A stretch of 63,210 nucleotides of DNA, counting the filler, from Chiloscyllium plagiosum (Eukaryota), in assembly GCF_004010195.1 (NCBI RefSeq). It is 5 parts of one record of this genome, joined end to end, with 100 filler letters (N's around TTAATTAATTAA, not from the genome) between each part and the next. Parts side by side here need not be neighbours in the genome. Positions count along the whole stretch, not along the records: positions 32,806 to 48,583 come from NC_057712.1; 4 more parts are not named here. One strand, given 5' to 3'. The notes under the pieces were generated by a model. The model was not told the DNA's origin. It ran no database searches and saw only the letters and a program-made list of their open reading frames with translations. The first letter of the stretch is position 1; every line of letters begins with the position of its first letter. Positions 37,451 to 48,683 of this stretch are shown one piece after another. A program made the position numbers and the translations under genes.

Positions 37451-39536
37451 ATGTCATTGAGGCCCTCCAAGACAGAACTGAAACTTAGTTTCTTTTTATA
37501 AAAAAAAAACTTTATTCAGTAACTGACCCATGTCTTATAACTTTACTCCACTTCTTCTTGATCCATATTTATTTTCCAGGTCTGATCTTGAGGAAGTTTT
37601 AACTTAAATATGTCATTCTAGCATGAATATTGAAATTATTACTTTATTATTTATTGGATAGAAGCATCTTATATGCAATAGTTCATCTGCATCTCTCCAA
37701 TATTTAATAAGCTATAGATTTTGAAAAGAAAGACACAGAAATTGCTTTGTGTTGAGAAATAAGTTCCAAGGCTTACATCTCTGAAAGTGAGTTGTCAATT
37801 TACTTTACTATTATTTAATGTCACTGTTAATGTAACTCAGTAGTTTTCAGTGTGTGAATGATGAGGTAGGAAATTGAATGTCTGCCATTCAGAATCAGTG
37901 CCAAGCATTTTCCACATTAGGTGTTGCATAGTAAGATATCAAGTAAAATGGCCAATACAATAGTGTACATCACTGGTAAAATGAGAAGTGCAAGCTCCAG
38001 TTCATCATAGTGATGTTTCTTTTTCCATTTTCCTCACCAGCCATTCTGCACTCTCTTTTTCAGTCAGATTATCAGTCAAGGTCGAGACAGTGCAGTTTGT
38101 GCTGTGGGTAGCCTTCACGAGGAAATGATGTTTGAGACTGCTCAAATATATTCACTTACAGCTTTTATAGAACATAGACAGTAGAGGGTTCTAATGTTTA
38201 AGTCGGATTTTTGTCAAGGAACTAGAAGTGAAAGGCCAAAATTCTGCCCATGGTTTGAAGGGAAAACGTCAGTTGCATAAATACAATTATTTTCAATAAA
38301 TGCTGAATTATTTCAAAATCAGAATATTTAATCCTGTTTGGTGGATCAAGCTGCCAAGAATGTGCTATTTAAAATTAAAAAAAAATACTTAACAAATAAT
38401 TACAGACATTAGCAGCTATAGCTGAAGATATTTGGTACTGGCGTAGGGATGATAAAAGGATCAGAATAGCTAAGGAATAAGACAGTCAACAATTTAATCT
38501 GGAATTGTCCACGTGTGTAATGAAAGCTGCAGCATGATTAGTATGGAAGGCATTGAAGACAGAGGTAAGCCTTTCTCACATGTGCAATAAAAAGATAAAT
38601 GATAGCTCCAGAGATCCAATAGTTGAATACTTGATGTAGAAGCACAAGGTCATGGATTCAGGGTTGCCTGTGAGTCATTTTGATTCCCTTGGCTAAGGTA
38701 CTTTTGATTTACGCACAAAAATTATATCAAAAATATGGGTTTTCCAGCTTCATCAGACTGGTTGTAAATCCCTGTGTTGCATATAATATTGTAAATGTAC
38801 TACAGGGCAAGCCCAGACACCGTGTTGAAATTTAGCCTTATAGGCTTGAATCGTTAATCCACATTCCCCAGTTAGGCAACAAGGAATAGCATTTGCAGGA
38901 CATGTGGGTATCAATTCGCCATCCCTGTGAGCTCAATTCTCTGCTGGGAATACAGAGCTGTGGAATTATATGCTTAATGATGATTGGTGATCTCAACAGC
39001 TTGAGGCTGCTAAACTAGCTTACTAACTCATAACATCAATGCAAAGGAAATGCTAGAAATAATGCTTGTGGTTAATAAAACTGAAAGACATTGTAAATCC
39101 GTTTAAATAATCATGCTATGAGTATTTAGAAGGCATGAGGCACACTAAGTCTTGCTGAACCCTATTATACTATGACAGACCTTAATATCTTTTCAACAGC
39201 AGTGCATCCAAAACTGCATAATTTCATCATTACTTCATTATACATATGTTTTTTGGGCTCCTATTTACAAATAAGTACAGGCCTACACCCACACTTATCA
39301 AATATAATGCATTTGAGCTCATAAATCAACAGCATTTAACGTAGAATGAACCTTTACTCTTTTTCAGAAGCATAGTCAGACTACATTTGATACCAAGCCA
39401 AATGAGGAGAGATTAGGAGAGTTTACCAAAATCTTTGGTTTAAGAGAGAAGTTTGTACATGTGACGTATATTAAACTGCTGTCACTTCAATCTCAGCACA
39501 GGAAGTGAAGTCCCATGATTTTGTACTCAGTCTACA

Positions 39537-39855
39537 GGGCGGCACGGTGGCACAGTGGCACAGTGGTTAGCACTGCTGCCTCACAGCGTCAGAGACCTGG
39601 GTTCAATTCTCGCCTCAGGCGACTGACTGTGTGGAGTTTGCACGTTCTCCCCGTGTCTGCGTGGGTTTCCTCCGGGTGCTCCGGTTTCCTCCCACAGTCC
39701 AAAGATGTGCAGGTAAGGTGAATTGGCCATGCTAAATTGCCCGTAGTGTTAGGTAAGGGGTAAATGTAGGGGTATGGGTGGGTTGTGCTTCGGCGGGTCG
39801 GTGTGGACTTGTTGGGCCGAAGGGCCTGTTTCCACACTGTAATGTAATCTAATCT
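39537..39855 (+). mobile_element. Young full-length HE1 SINE
   Basis: A and B boxes, (AATCT)n tail, TCTACAG on both flanks. Confidence 0.95.
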
Positions 39856-39999
39856 ACAGCAACAGCAGTCAAAATCAGATGGGTGTACATAATCTCCCAG
39901 TTAACAATGTGCAGTCGTCTATGAAAGGATTATTGTTTATGAATACTAGTTGTTTGTTTTGTACATTTATGTCAAGTAGAACATACCAGTTGTTGGGGG

Positions 40000-40400
40000 C
40001 CAGCACCTCAGTCCATGATATCACTGCAGGTGTTCCTCAGAGCACTGTTCTACGCTCAGCCATTTTCATCCACCTTATCAATGACATTCCCTTCATCATA
40101 AGGTCAAGATTGATAATCACAAAGTGTTAAGTTCCACCCACAATTCCTCAGATACTGAAGTATGCAACTTAACTTGGACAAAGTCCAGACTGAAGCTGAT
40201 CAACGATGAAGTATCTCTATGCCTCAAGAGTTCCAAATGAATGTCATGCCATCTTGACATTCAGTGACATTACCCAGAGTGCATGCCCACTATCAAGATG
40301 TTGGGAATCACAATTAATCAGAACTTAACGAAAACAACCTCACAAATGTTGTGGCTATGGGAGCAGGTCAGAGGCTGGGAATTCTGAGACATTTGAGCCA
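40000..40400 (+). mobile_element. Old CR1/L2-group LINE RT fragment
   Basis: DITAGVPQSTVL..IF..LINDIP. Confidence 0.75.
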
Positions 40401-40829
40401 TCTCTGGACTTGCTAATTTATGTTTGTCTCCCAGTTCTAAATTTATAATTTTCCCTATCCTGTCCAAAACTCTCTCTGGTTTCATCACTCCCTTTCACCT
40501 GATACCTTTCCCAACTCTACACCTCACAGAGAATTTCACCGTGTATCAATTATGGGCTTTCCAGAAGACCAGAAGATATAGGAACACAAGTTGGTCCGTT
40601 CTCTGCTCTGCCATTCGATTATGGCTGATATGTTTCTCAACCCCATTCTTCTTCATTCCCTTACTAATGAAGAACTACCTATTTCTGTTTTAAATGCACT
40701 TGACTCTGATCCTTGAAGATCAAAATCGATGATTGCAATGTGTTAAATTCCCTCCAGAATTCCTCAGATACTAAAGCATGCAGTAACTTGGACAAAGTTC
40801 AGACTAAAGCTGACATTGGCTGAAAACAG

Positions 40830-42475
40830 CCATGAAATATCCTTGGAAAACAAAATTAATGAAAATCCCAAGGCCATTCATGCATATATTAGGGACAAGA
40901 GTTTGGGCAAGAGTAGGTGCACTCAAGGACAAAGGAGAGAATTTATGCAAGGAGCCAGAGGAAGTGGGTGAGATCTTTAATGTGTACTTTGCATCAGTAT
41001 TCATCAAGGGGAAGGATATGGATGATGCTAAGATAATGGAGAGGTATGTTGATATTCTAGGGTACATCGATACTAAGAAGATAAAAGTGTTGGATGCCTT
41101 GAAAAACATTAAGGTTGATAAATCTGCGGGGTTTAATGGGATCTATCCCAGCTTACTGAGGGAGGTTAGGAAGTCTTCTGGTCCTTTACAGATATCTTTG
41201 TATGTTCCTTAGCCACAGGCAGACTCCCAGAAGAAGCAAGGATAGCCAAATTTGTTTCTTTTTTTAAGAAGGGCAGTAAGGTAAATCCAGTAAATTATAG
41301 GCCGATGCACCTACTAATAGGGAAATTTTTGGAGAAGGCTCTTAGGGACTGGACGCATTCATATTTAGAAAAGATTGATTAAGAATAGTTAGTATGGTCA
41401 ATGTTTTATCTCACACACATGACTGAGTTCTTTGAGGAAGTGAGGAAGATGATTGATGAAGGTAGGGCAGCGGATGTTGTCTACATGGAATTTGCTAAAG
41501 TATTTGACAAGGTCCTTCATGGTGCGCTGGTCTAGAAGATTGAATCATACAGGATCCACAGAGAGTTAGTAATTTGGAAACAAAATTGGCTTGGCTATAG
41601 AAGAGAGAGGGTGGTTGAGGAAGACGTTTTTCTGACTGGAGGTCTGTGACCAGTTGTGTTCTGCAATGATCGGTGCTGGGACCTCTGTTGTTTGTAATAT
41701 ATATAAATGCTTTGGATGAAAATGCAGATAGTCTGATTAGTAAGTTTGCAGACGACATGAAAATTGGTGCAGTTATTGGTACTGAGGCAGGTTGTCAAAG
41801 GATAGCTCACTGAAAGTGACAACACAAGTGGATAAGGTCATAAAGATGGCGTGCGGTATGCTTGCCTTCAGCATTGAATAAAAGTTGATAAGTCATGTTG
41901 AAGCTGTATTAAACTTTAATTAGGTCACATTTGAAGTATTGTGTACAGTTCTCGTTGCCACACTATAGGAAGAGTGTGGAGGTTATGGAGAGGATGCAAA
42001 AGAGCTTTACCAAAATATTGCCTGTATTGAAGTGTATTAGCTATAAGGAGAAGTTGGACAAACTTGAATTGTTTGCACTCAAGCTTTGAAAGCTGAGGGC
42101 GGCCTGATAGAAATATATAAAATTCTGAATGGCACAAATAGTGTGGATCATAGGAGCCTTTTATTGGGGTGAAAACGGCAAATACTAGGGGCAAAGGTTT
42201 AAGGTGAAAGGGAGATGGTCGAAAGGAGAAATGTGAGGAAAATCTCTTACATAGATGGTGGTAGGTGTATGGAACTCAATGCCAGGGGAGTTGGTAGAAG
42301 CAGATACATTAGCAACATTTAAAAGGCATTTGGGCAGATACATGAAAAAGTAGAGAATAGGGGGATATAATGCATGTGCAGGCAGATGGGATTGGCTTAA
42401 AATGACATTATAGTTGGCACAAACATGGTGGACCAAAGGGCTTATTCCTGCACTATCCTGTTCTATGTTCTATGA
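40830..42475 (+). mobile_element. Degenerate CR1 ORF2 and 3' end
   Basis: GEIFNVYFASVF, KVDKS, KFADD; TTCTATG tail. Confidence 0.9.
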
Positions 42476-42837
42476 TAGTAAATGAAATCATTGAGGAAAT
42501 GGATGCATCATATTTTGAGAAGTGATGTATAAATTTAGCATGCTCTCTCTGGAAAATGAAATGAGACGATGCAATTGGTCTTTTGGGTTTCTGAACAGAC
42601 GGGGAAATGTAGATGATCGCAGACTATTATTTTCTCCACAACAGCCGATCTTGAGAAAAAGCCTTGCACTTGAAATTCAAAACTAATCAATGAAATAATT
42701 ATTTCGGTGAGCAAACGGTAAATCTACAGAGCAGACGTCCTCAGTAATTGCTTCACGTAATGCAGATTCATTCAAATGTAAATTGAATAGGTTTCTCTCA
42801 GTAAATAAAATTTTGACAAGCGATGTCAAAATTTTGT

Positions 42838-43150
42838 GGGCGGCACGGTGGTGCAGTGGTTAGCACTGCTGCCTTCACAGCGCCAGAGACCCGGGTTCAA
42901 TTCCCGACTCAGGCGACTGACTGTGTGGAGTTTGCACATTCTCCCCGTGTCTGCGTGGGTTTCCTCCGGGTGCTCCGGTTTCCTCCCACAGTCACAAAGA
43001 TGTGCGGGTTAGGTGAATTGGCCATGCTAAATTGCCCGTAGTGTTAGGCTAAAAGGGGTAAATGTAGGGGTATGGGTGGGTTGCGCTTCGGCGGGTCGGT
43101 GTGGACTTGTTGGGCTGAAGGGCCTGTTTCCACACTGTAAGTAATCTAAT
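42838..43150 (+). mobile_element. Young HE1 SINE, inserted in the unit G TP domain
   Basis: Near-identical to 39537-39855. Confidence 0.95.
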
Positions 43151-44189
43151 GTATGAATAGGTTCATTCATACCATTTGGTAAGTGCAGCAGTAAAAGTGT
43201 AGGGGTAGAAGTGTACACAGACTGAAGAATGATAATCCTTGCACTACTTGGTCACATCCCTGCTCAAAACAAATTTGATATTGACGTGAACCATAATGGG
43301 AAATCTGTGCCACTCACCATCCAATGGCACTAAGAGCTGATGAACCACAACATCAAGTACCCGTGTAGATCCATTGAACATTTTTCAATGGCTGAAAATG
43401 TTTTACCAGAAGTATGACTGACAGAAAATGTTGCAAGGTCAAGCGACGGTAAAAATTGGAACATGGATTGAGAAGCTAGATATGAAACTCTGAAGTGAGA
43501 AGTATTTCAAAGAGACATTGATAACTGGAATGTACTTTTTAAAAGAACCCTCAAAACCCAGACTCCAGTTTCAGATTTCTACTTATTAAAATAATATTAT
43601 CATTTTGTTTTAAACTGCTTTGTGTTGCCTTGCTTTAACAACCTATAAAAATAGTTTTTTTTTTATGCAATGTTTCTCTGTGAACACTATGATGCAGTTT
43701 AAAATAAGCACAATAATGATGTTTTCATTTCAGACAGTGTAGCCATCCAGCAAAGTATAAGAGATTATAAGAAGGGTCCTTTATTCTCATTTCTTGTGAT
43801 TTCTGAACAATTGTTATAATGAGTGAACGTCAGGAATAATCTTCTGTTGATACAGTATTGAATCTCAAAAAACCCTCCACCGATTCCAATCAAAAAAGAT
43901 TACAAGGCTAACAGAAGCTGTGAGGAAAGACTAGCAGAAAATAGTGAAGTATTTTAATTAATGTGTAAAAGATAAAAGAATAGTTAAAGAAAGAGAAGGC
44001 TTGGTTAGGGATGAAGAGGAAATGTTTTTCTTGGTTTTCACCGATGCATCTGGAAGTGAGAATGAAAAGGTAAAAAAGTAGATATTGGCTCAATGAGAAA
44101 GGGTAACTAGGGAGAAGGAAAATATCTTTACATTAACGTATGAGATGTATGTGGATCTGGTATGGACAATATTAATTAATATAACACCA

Positions 44190-45690
44190 TAAGACGAGAA
44201 AATAATATGAAATAGGAATAGGAATAAGCCATTCAGTCCCTTAATCATGGATGATCTAACATTCCTCACACCCATATTCCTGCGTGGTCTCCATAACTCT
44301 TGATTTCTCGACTGATCAGGACTCTATCTCTCTCAGCCTTAAGTATACTAAAGGACTCTTCCCCCACTCTCTGTGGCAAGGATTTCCAAACACTCACAAC
44401 TATCTGAGAGACGTTCCTCCTCATCTCAGTCTTAAATTGTATTCTGAGGCTTCTCCCTTTGTCCTAGACTCTCCCATGAAGGGGAACATCCTCTCAGCAT
44501 ATATTTTGTCAGGGCTCGTAAGAATATGCATGTTGTCAATGAGATCACCTCTCATTCTTCTAAACTCCAGTTGGTAGAATCCCAACCTCTTTAGCATTTG
44601 CACAGAAGGTAATCCCTCCATACCAGGGATCATCCAAGTAAACCTACTCTGAACTGCCTCCAATTAAGTGAAATTGTTCTGTTAATAAGAGGGCCAAAAC
44701 TTCTCACAGTATTCCAGATGGTCTCACCAGCACCTTGTATAGGTGCAGTTAACTTCCCTATTCTTGTTCTCCAACCCTAGTGAAATAAGAGCCAACATTC
44801 CATTAGCCTTCCTGATTATCTGCTGCATCTACATGCTAGCTCTGTGTTTCATGCACAAGTGCCTCCAAATCCCTTTGCATTGTGGCTTTCTGCAGTGTTT
44901 CTCCATTTAAATAATATTCTGTTCTTTTGTTCTTCCTTTAAAAATTAACAATTTCACATTCTATACCTTTTACCAAATTATTGCCCACTTAGTTAACCTA
45001 TCAATATCCCTTTATAAAATGGGAACATCCTTCTTGTAATCTGCCTCTCCACTTATTTTTATGCCACAGTACATTCACTTCCTATCTCCAAGTCATTAAT
45101 ATAAATTGTAAATGATTGCATTAGAATTGATCCTTGTTGGAATTCCACTGGGCACAGGTCACCAACCTGAAAAAGAATTCCTTACCCGCTTTTGCTGTTT
45201 TTTTTCCCATGAGCCAATTCTTTATCCATGCCAAATACGCCCTCCAACAAGAAGTGCTCTTGTTTTTTGACTTACCTGTTGTGAAATATTTTGTTGAATG
45301 CTTTCTGGATGTCTAAATGCAACACATCTACTAGTTCCCCTCTATACACTTATGTTGTGTCTTCCTCAAAAATCTCTAATAAATTAGAAAGACATGATTT
45401 CGGCCGTGCTGACTCTGCTTGATTAGATCATAATTTTCCAAATATTCTTTAAATGATTGATTCCAATACTTTTACAAAAAAGGTGTTGGGCTAATTGATC
45501 AATCGTTATCCACTTCTTGCCGAATTGAATAGAGGTATCCCTACATTAACAGTTTTCCAATCCTCTGGTAGTTCTCCAAAATCCAAACTAAATTCCTTCC
45601 CCGTATTGGTTAGTATTAGTATGATGTTTGAAGGATCTTCCACCATTAAAGCTGATGTAAAATATCAGTTTAACTCCTCTGCCATTTCTT
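44190..45690 (-). mobile_element. Old CR1 fragment
   Basis: ORF 44421-44663 VQSRFTWMIPGM..RRMRGDLI. Confidence 0.82.
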
Positions 45691-45694
45691 TGCT

Positions 45695-46715
45695 CTCTAA
45701 TTCCAACGCCCCTCCCCCAAGTCCCTCCTCCCTACCTTTTATCTTAGCCTGCTGGACACACTTTCCTCATTCCTGAAGAGGGGCTTATGCCCGAAACGTC
45801 GATTCTCCTGTTCCTTGGATGCTGCCTGACCTGCTGCGCTTTTCCAGCAACACATTTCCACCCAGTTCTATCACTTGCTAAAAATCCACAAACCTGACTG
45901 CCCTGCTCGACGATTGTCTCCACCTGCTCCTGCCCCATGGAACACATCACCTCTTATCTTGACTCTGTCCTGTCCGCCTTGGTCCAGTATATCCCTACAT
46001 ACATTTGAGATACTACCCACGCTCTCCACCTCCTCTATGATGTATGATTCCCCGGCCCCAACACCTCACCTTCACCATGGACATCCAGTCCCTCTATACC
46101 TGCATCCTCCATAAGGAAGGCCTAAAAGCCCTCCATTTCTCCCTCTCACACTGACCCATCAAGACCCCTACATCGACAGCCTCATTCAATTGGTAGAAAT
46201 GATCCTCACCCTCAACAAATTCTCCTTTCAATCCTCCCACTTCTTACAAACTATGGAGCGGCTATGGGGACACACATGGGTCCCAAATATGCCTGCTTCT
46301 TCATTGGATATGTGGAACAATCCGTCTTCCACAGCAACACCGACACCACCCTCCACCTCTGCCTCCGCTACAGTCATAGCTGTATCGGTGCTGCCTCGAG
46401 GAGTTGAACAGTTCATTCAACACACTTTCCACCCAGATGTCAAATTCAACTGGGCCATCTTCCTTCCTACCCATTCACTCCACCCTTCCCACCGATCTAT
46501 CATTATCACCTCCCACCTTCGCCCACCTCTCCCCAACCCCAGCACTCCCTTCCCCCCATTTATCTCTCAACCCTCTTCCTCCTCCCTAATCCTGAAGAAA
46601 GGTTCTGCCCGAAATGTTGACTCTCTTGCTCCTTGGATGCTGCCTGACCCACTGCGCCTTTTCCAGCACCATGCTTCATGAACTCTGATTTCTCCAGAAT
46701 CTCCAGTCCCATTGC
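45695..46715 (+). mobile_element. Internally deleted Penelope-like element with terminal repeats
   Basis: KIHKPDCP, TMDIQSLYT, EMILTLNKFSF..HFLQ, AMGTHMGP. Hammerhead-bearing repeats at both ends. Confidence 0.85.
45773..45802 (+). ncRNA. Minimal hammerhead ribozyme core (Penelope)
   Basis: CTGAAGA-G-GGGC TTAT GCCC-GAAA-CGTC. Confidence 0.65.
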
Positions 46716-46989
46716 CTGCTTTTTGTTTTAACAGAAACTAATAGCTTTGTTTTCACCTTCACAGACATTAGTGTTTTATCTCCAGATTTTTTTAAAATTG
46801 AAAGCAGCCTATCAAATTACCATGATGGAGTTAAGTTCACATCCTCTGAATTATTATTTCATGTCTCAAAATCATTAATCCACTAAAAGACTGTGTTAAT
46901 TTAGTGCCGTGTTAACTGGAGACCACAATGTAAACCGGTAGGAAAAGAGTCTCCGATTTAGCAGCAGCTGTGTAGATGAGCTGCATTCA

Positions 46990-47320
46990 AAATCAAAAGC
47001 CAGTTGAATAGAATTGATGGGGAGAAGCTGTTGCAGCTCATAAAATAATAAACAGTGAGAGAGCATAGTTTTAAAGTTACCTGCAAAAGAAGCAAGGTGA
47101 TGTCAGCAAACAACTTTATCTCAAAGTGTACAGTTAGGGTTTGGAATGCACTGCATGGAAAGGTGGTGGAGGAAAGGTCCAACTGAGGCGTTTAAGAGGG
47201 CACTGGATGCTTATTTAGAGAGAAATAGTGTTCAGAGAAATGGAGAAAAGGCAGACGATTGGCACGAGATAATAGAACCAGCGCAGGCACGATGGGCCGA
47301 GTGACTTACTCCTCCAGAAT
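46990..47320 (+). mobile_element. Old CR1 3' fragment
   Basis: VRVWNAL..VVE motif and CR1-like tail. Confidence 0.7.
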
Positions 47321-47399
47321 TCTGTAATTTGGTTACCACTTCATACTGAAATCACTGTGAGACAAAAGGTGTCAAGCCATTTAAAAATTATTTGATCCC

Positions 47400-48540
47400 A
47401 TTTCAATGTTAGCAGAGAACTGATGGCTCCAAGTGTTGTTACTTAACAGGGAAACTAAACTAGCTTTGAAGGCTTTTATTTTCCTTAGTCAAAGAGTGTC
47501 ATGACTATGTGAAGTCACGATGTGCATTGAGTCTATCTGCTCCATTCAGACTGTGATCTGCAGCCAGTAAAGCACATTTATATCCTGCCAGCAAAGTGCT
47601 TAGAGTCATAGAGTCATAAAGATATAAAGCACGAAATTAGACCCTTCAGTTCAATCGTCCATGCTGACCAGATATTCTAAATCAATCTAGTCCCATTTGC
47701 CAGCACTTGGCCCATGTCCGTCTAAACCCTTCCTACTCATATACCCATCTTGATGCCTTTTAAATGTTGTAATTGTACCAGCCTCCACCACTTCCTCTGG
47801 CAGCTCATTTCATATGCACATCACCCTCTGTGTGAAAAAGTTGTCCCTTTCAAATCTTTCCCATCTCACTCCTATGTCTTCTCATTCTGGACTCCCTCAC
47901 CCTCGGGAAGAAACTTTGTCTATTTATCCTATCCATGCTCCTCATGATTTAATAAAGCTCTATAAGGTCACCCCTCAGCCTCTGACGCTCCAGGGAAAAC
48001 AGCCCCAGCCTATTCAGCCTCTCCCTAAAGTTCAAACCCTCCAACCCTGGCAACATCCTTGTAAATCTTTTCTGAACACTTTCAAGTTTTACAACATCTT
48101 TCCGATAGGAAGGAGACCAGAATTACACACAGTATTCCAAAAGTGGCCGAACCAATGCCCTGTCCAGCCACAGCATGACCTCCTAACCCCCAATACTCAA
48201 TGCTCTGACCAATAAAGGAAAGCATACTAAACGCCTTCTTCACTATCCTATTGACCTGTGACTCCACTTTCACAGAACTGAACACATGCTTCACATTACA
48301 GTCTTAAAAATATCAACAGTACTGAAGACATTGCCTAAAATTCTCTGATAGGTGGATACCAAAAGCAGAAGCTGTGCAATCCCAAACACATTTACAATGT
48401 CATAAAATATCCAATAAATATAATGCAATAAAATCATATTGTTTATAGGAAGAGTTAATACTGCGAATTTCCAGACTTTCCTCTGTATTCTTTAAATCAA
48501 ATCAGTACATTCAATTGGGGAAAAATGGATGAGTTCTTGG
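47400..48540 (-). pseudogene. Endogenous hepadnavirus unit F (RT thumb and RNase H), split by a CR1
   Basis: IRSI..YDF/FIGY ~48470-48405 vs IKKI..YDW/FVGH. AF..STYQRIL. DINV/LLAA ~47580. DSMHIV...TL* ~47530-47490. Confidence 0.55.
47600..48272 (-). mobile_element. CR1 3' end
   Basis: AGAGTCATAGAGTCATA tail; same family as 24602-25775. Confidence 0.92.
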
Positions 48541-48583
48541 AGTAGTCATAGAGTCACAGAGATGTACAGCATGGAAACAGACC

Positions 48584-48683
48584 NNNNNNNNNNNNNNNNN
48601 NNNNNNNNNNNNNNNNNNNNNNNNNNNTTAATTAATTAANNNNNNNNNNNNNNNNNNNNNNNNNNNNNNNNNNNNNNNNNNNN
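48584..48683. other. Artificial contig-join spacer
   Basis: N44-TTAATTAATTAA-N44. Confidence 0.97.

Larger units (their letters stand above)
37700..44180 (-). mobile_element. Endogenous hepadnavirus unit G (near-complete: core, TP, RT, RNase H)
   Basis: Core LLPSYPFSL ~44110. TP VPLDGEWHRFP, HFYP ~43330-43200, and LLRET ~42795. RT GVGLYLFVNRSPKN ~39290, DLQCLSVLLTTS ~39095, LCIDV ~39040, FLLHM*ERLTSVFNAFHTNHAAAFITHVDN 38593-38504, VCNYLLSI ~38400. RNase H IHT, IDNS, PW ~37860-37765. Confidence 0.88.

Noticed and set aside
39537..39615. tRNA gene
   Set aside because: It is the tRNA-derived head of an HE1 SINE, continuous with the SINE body.
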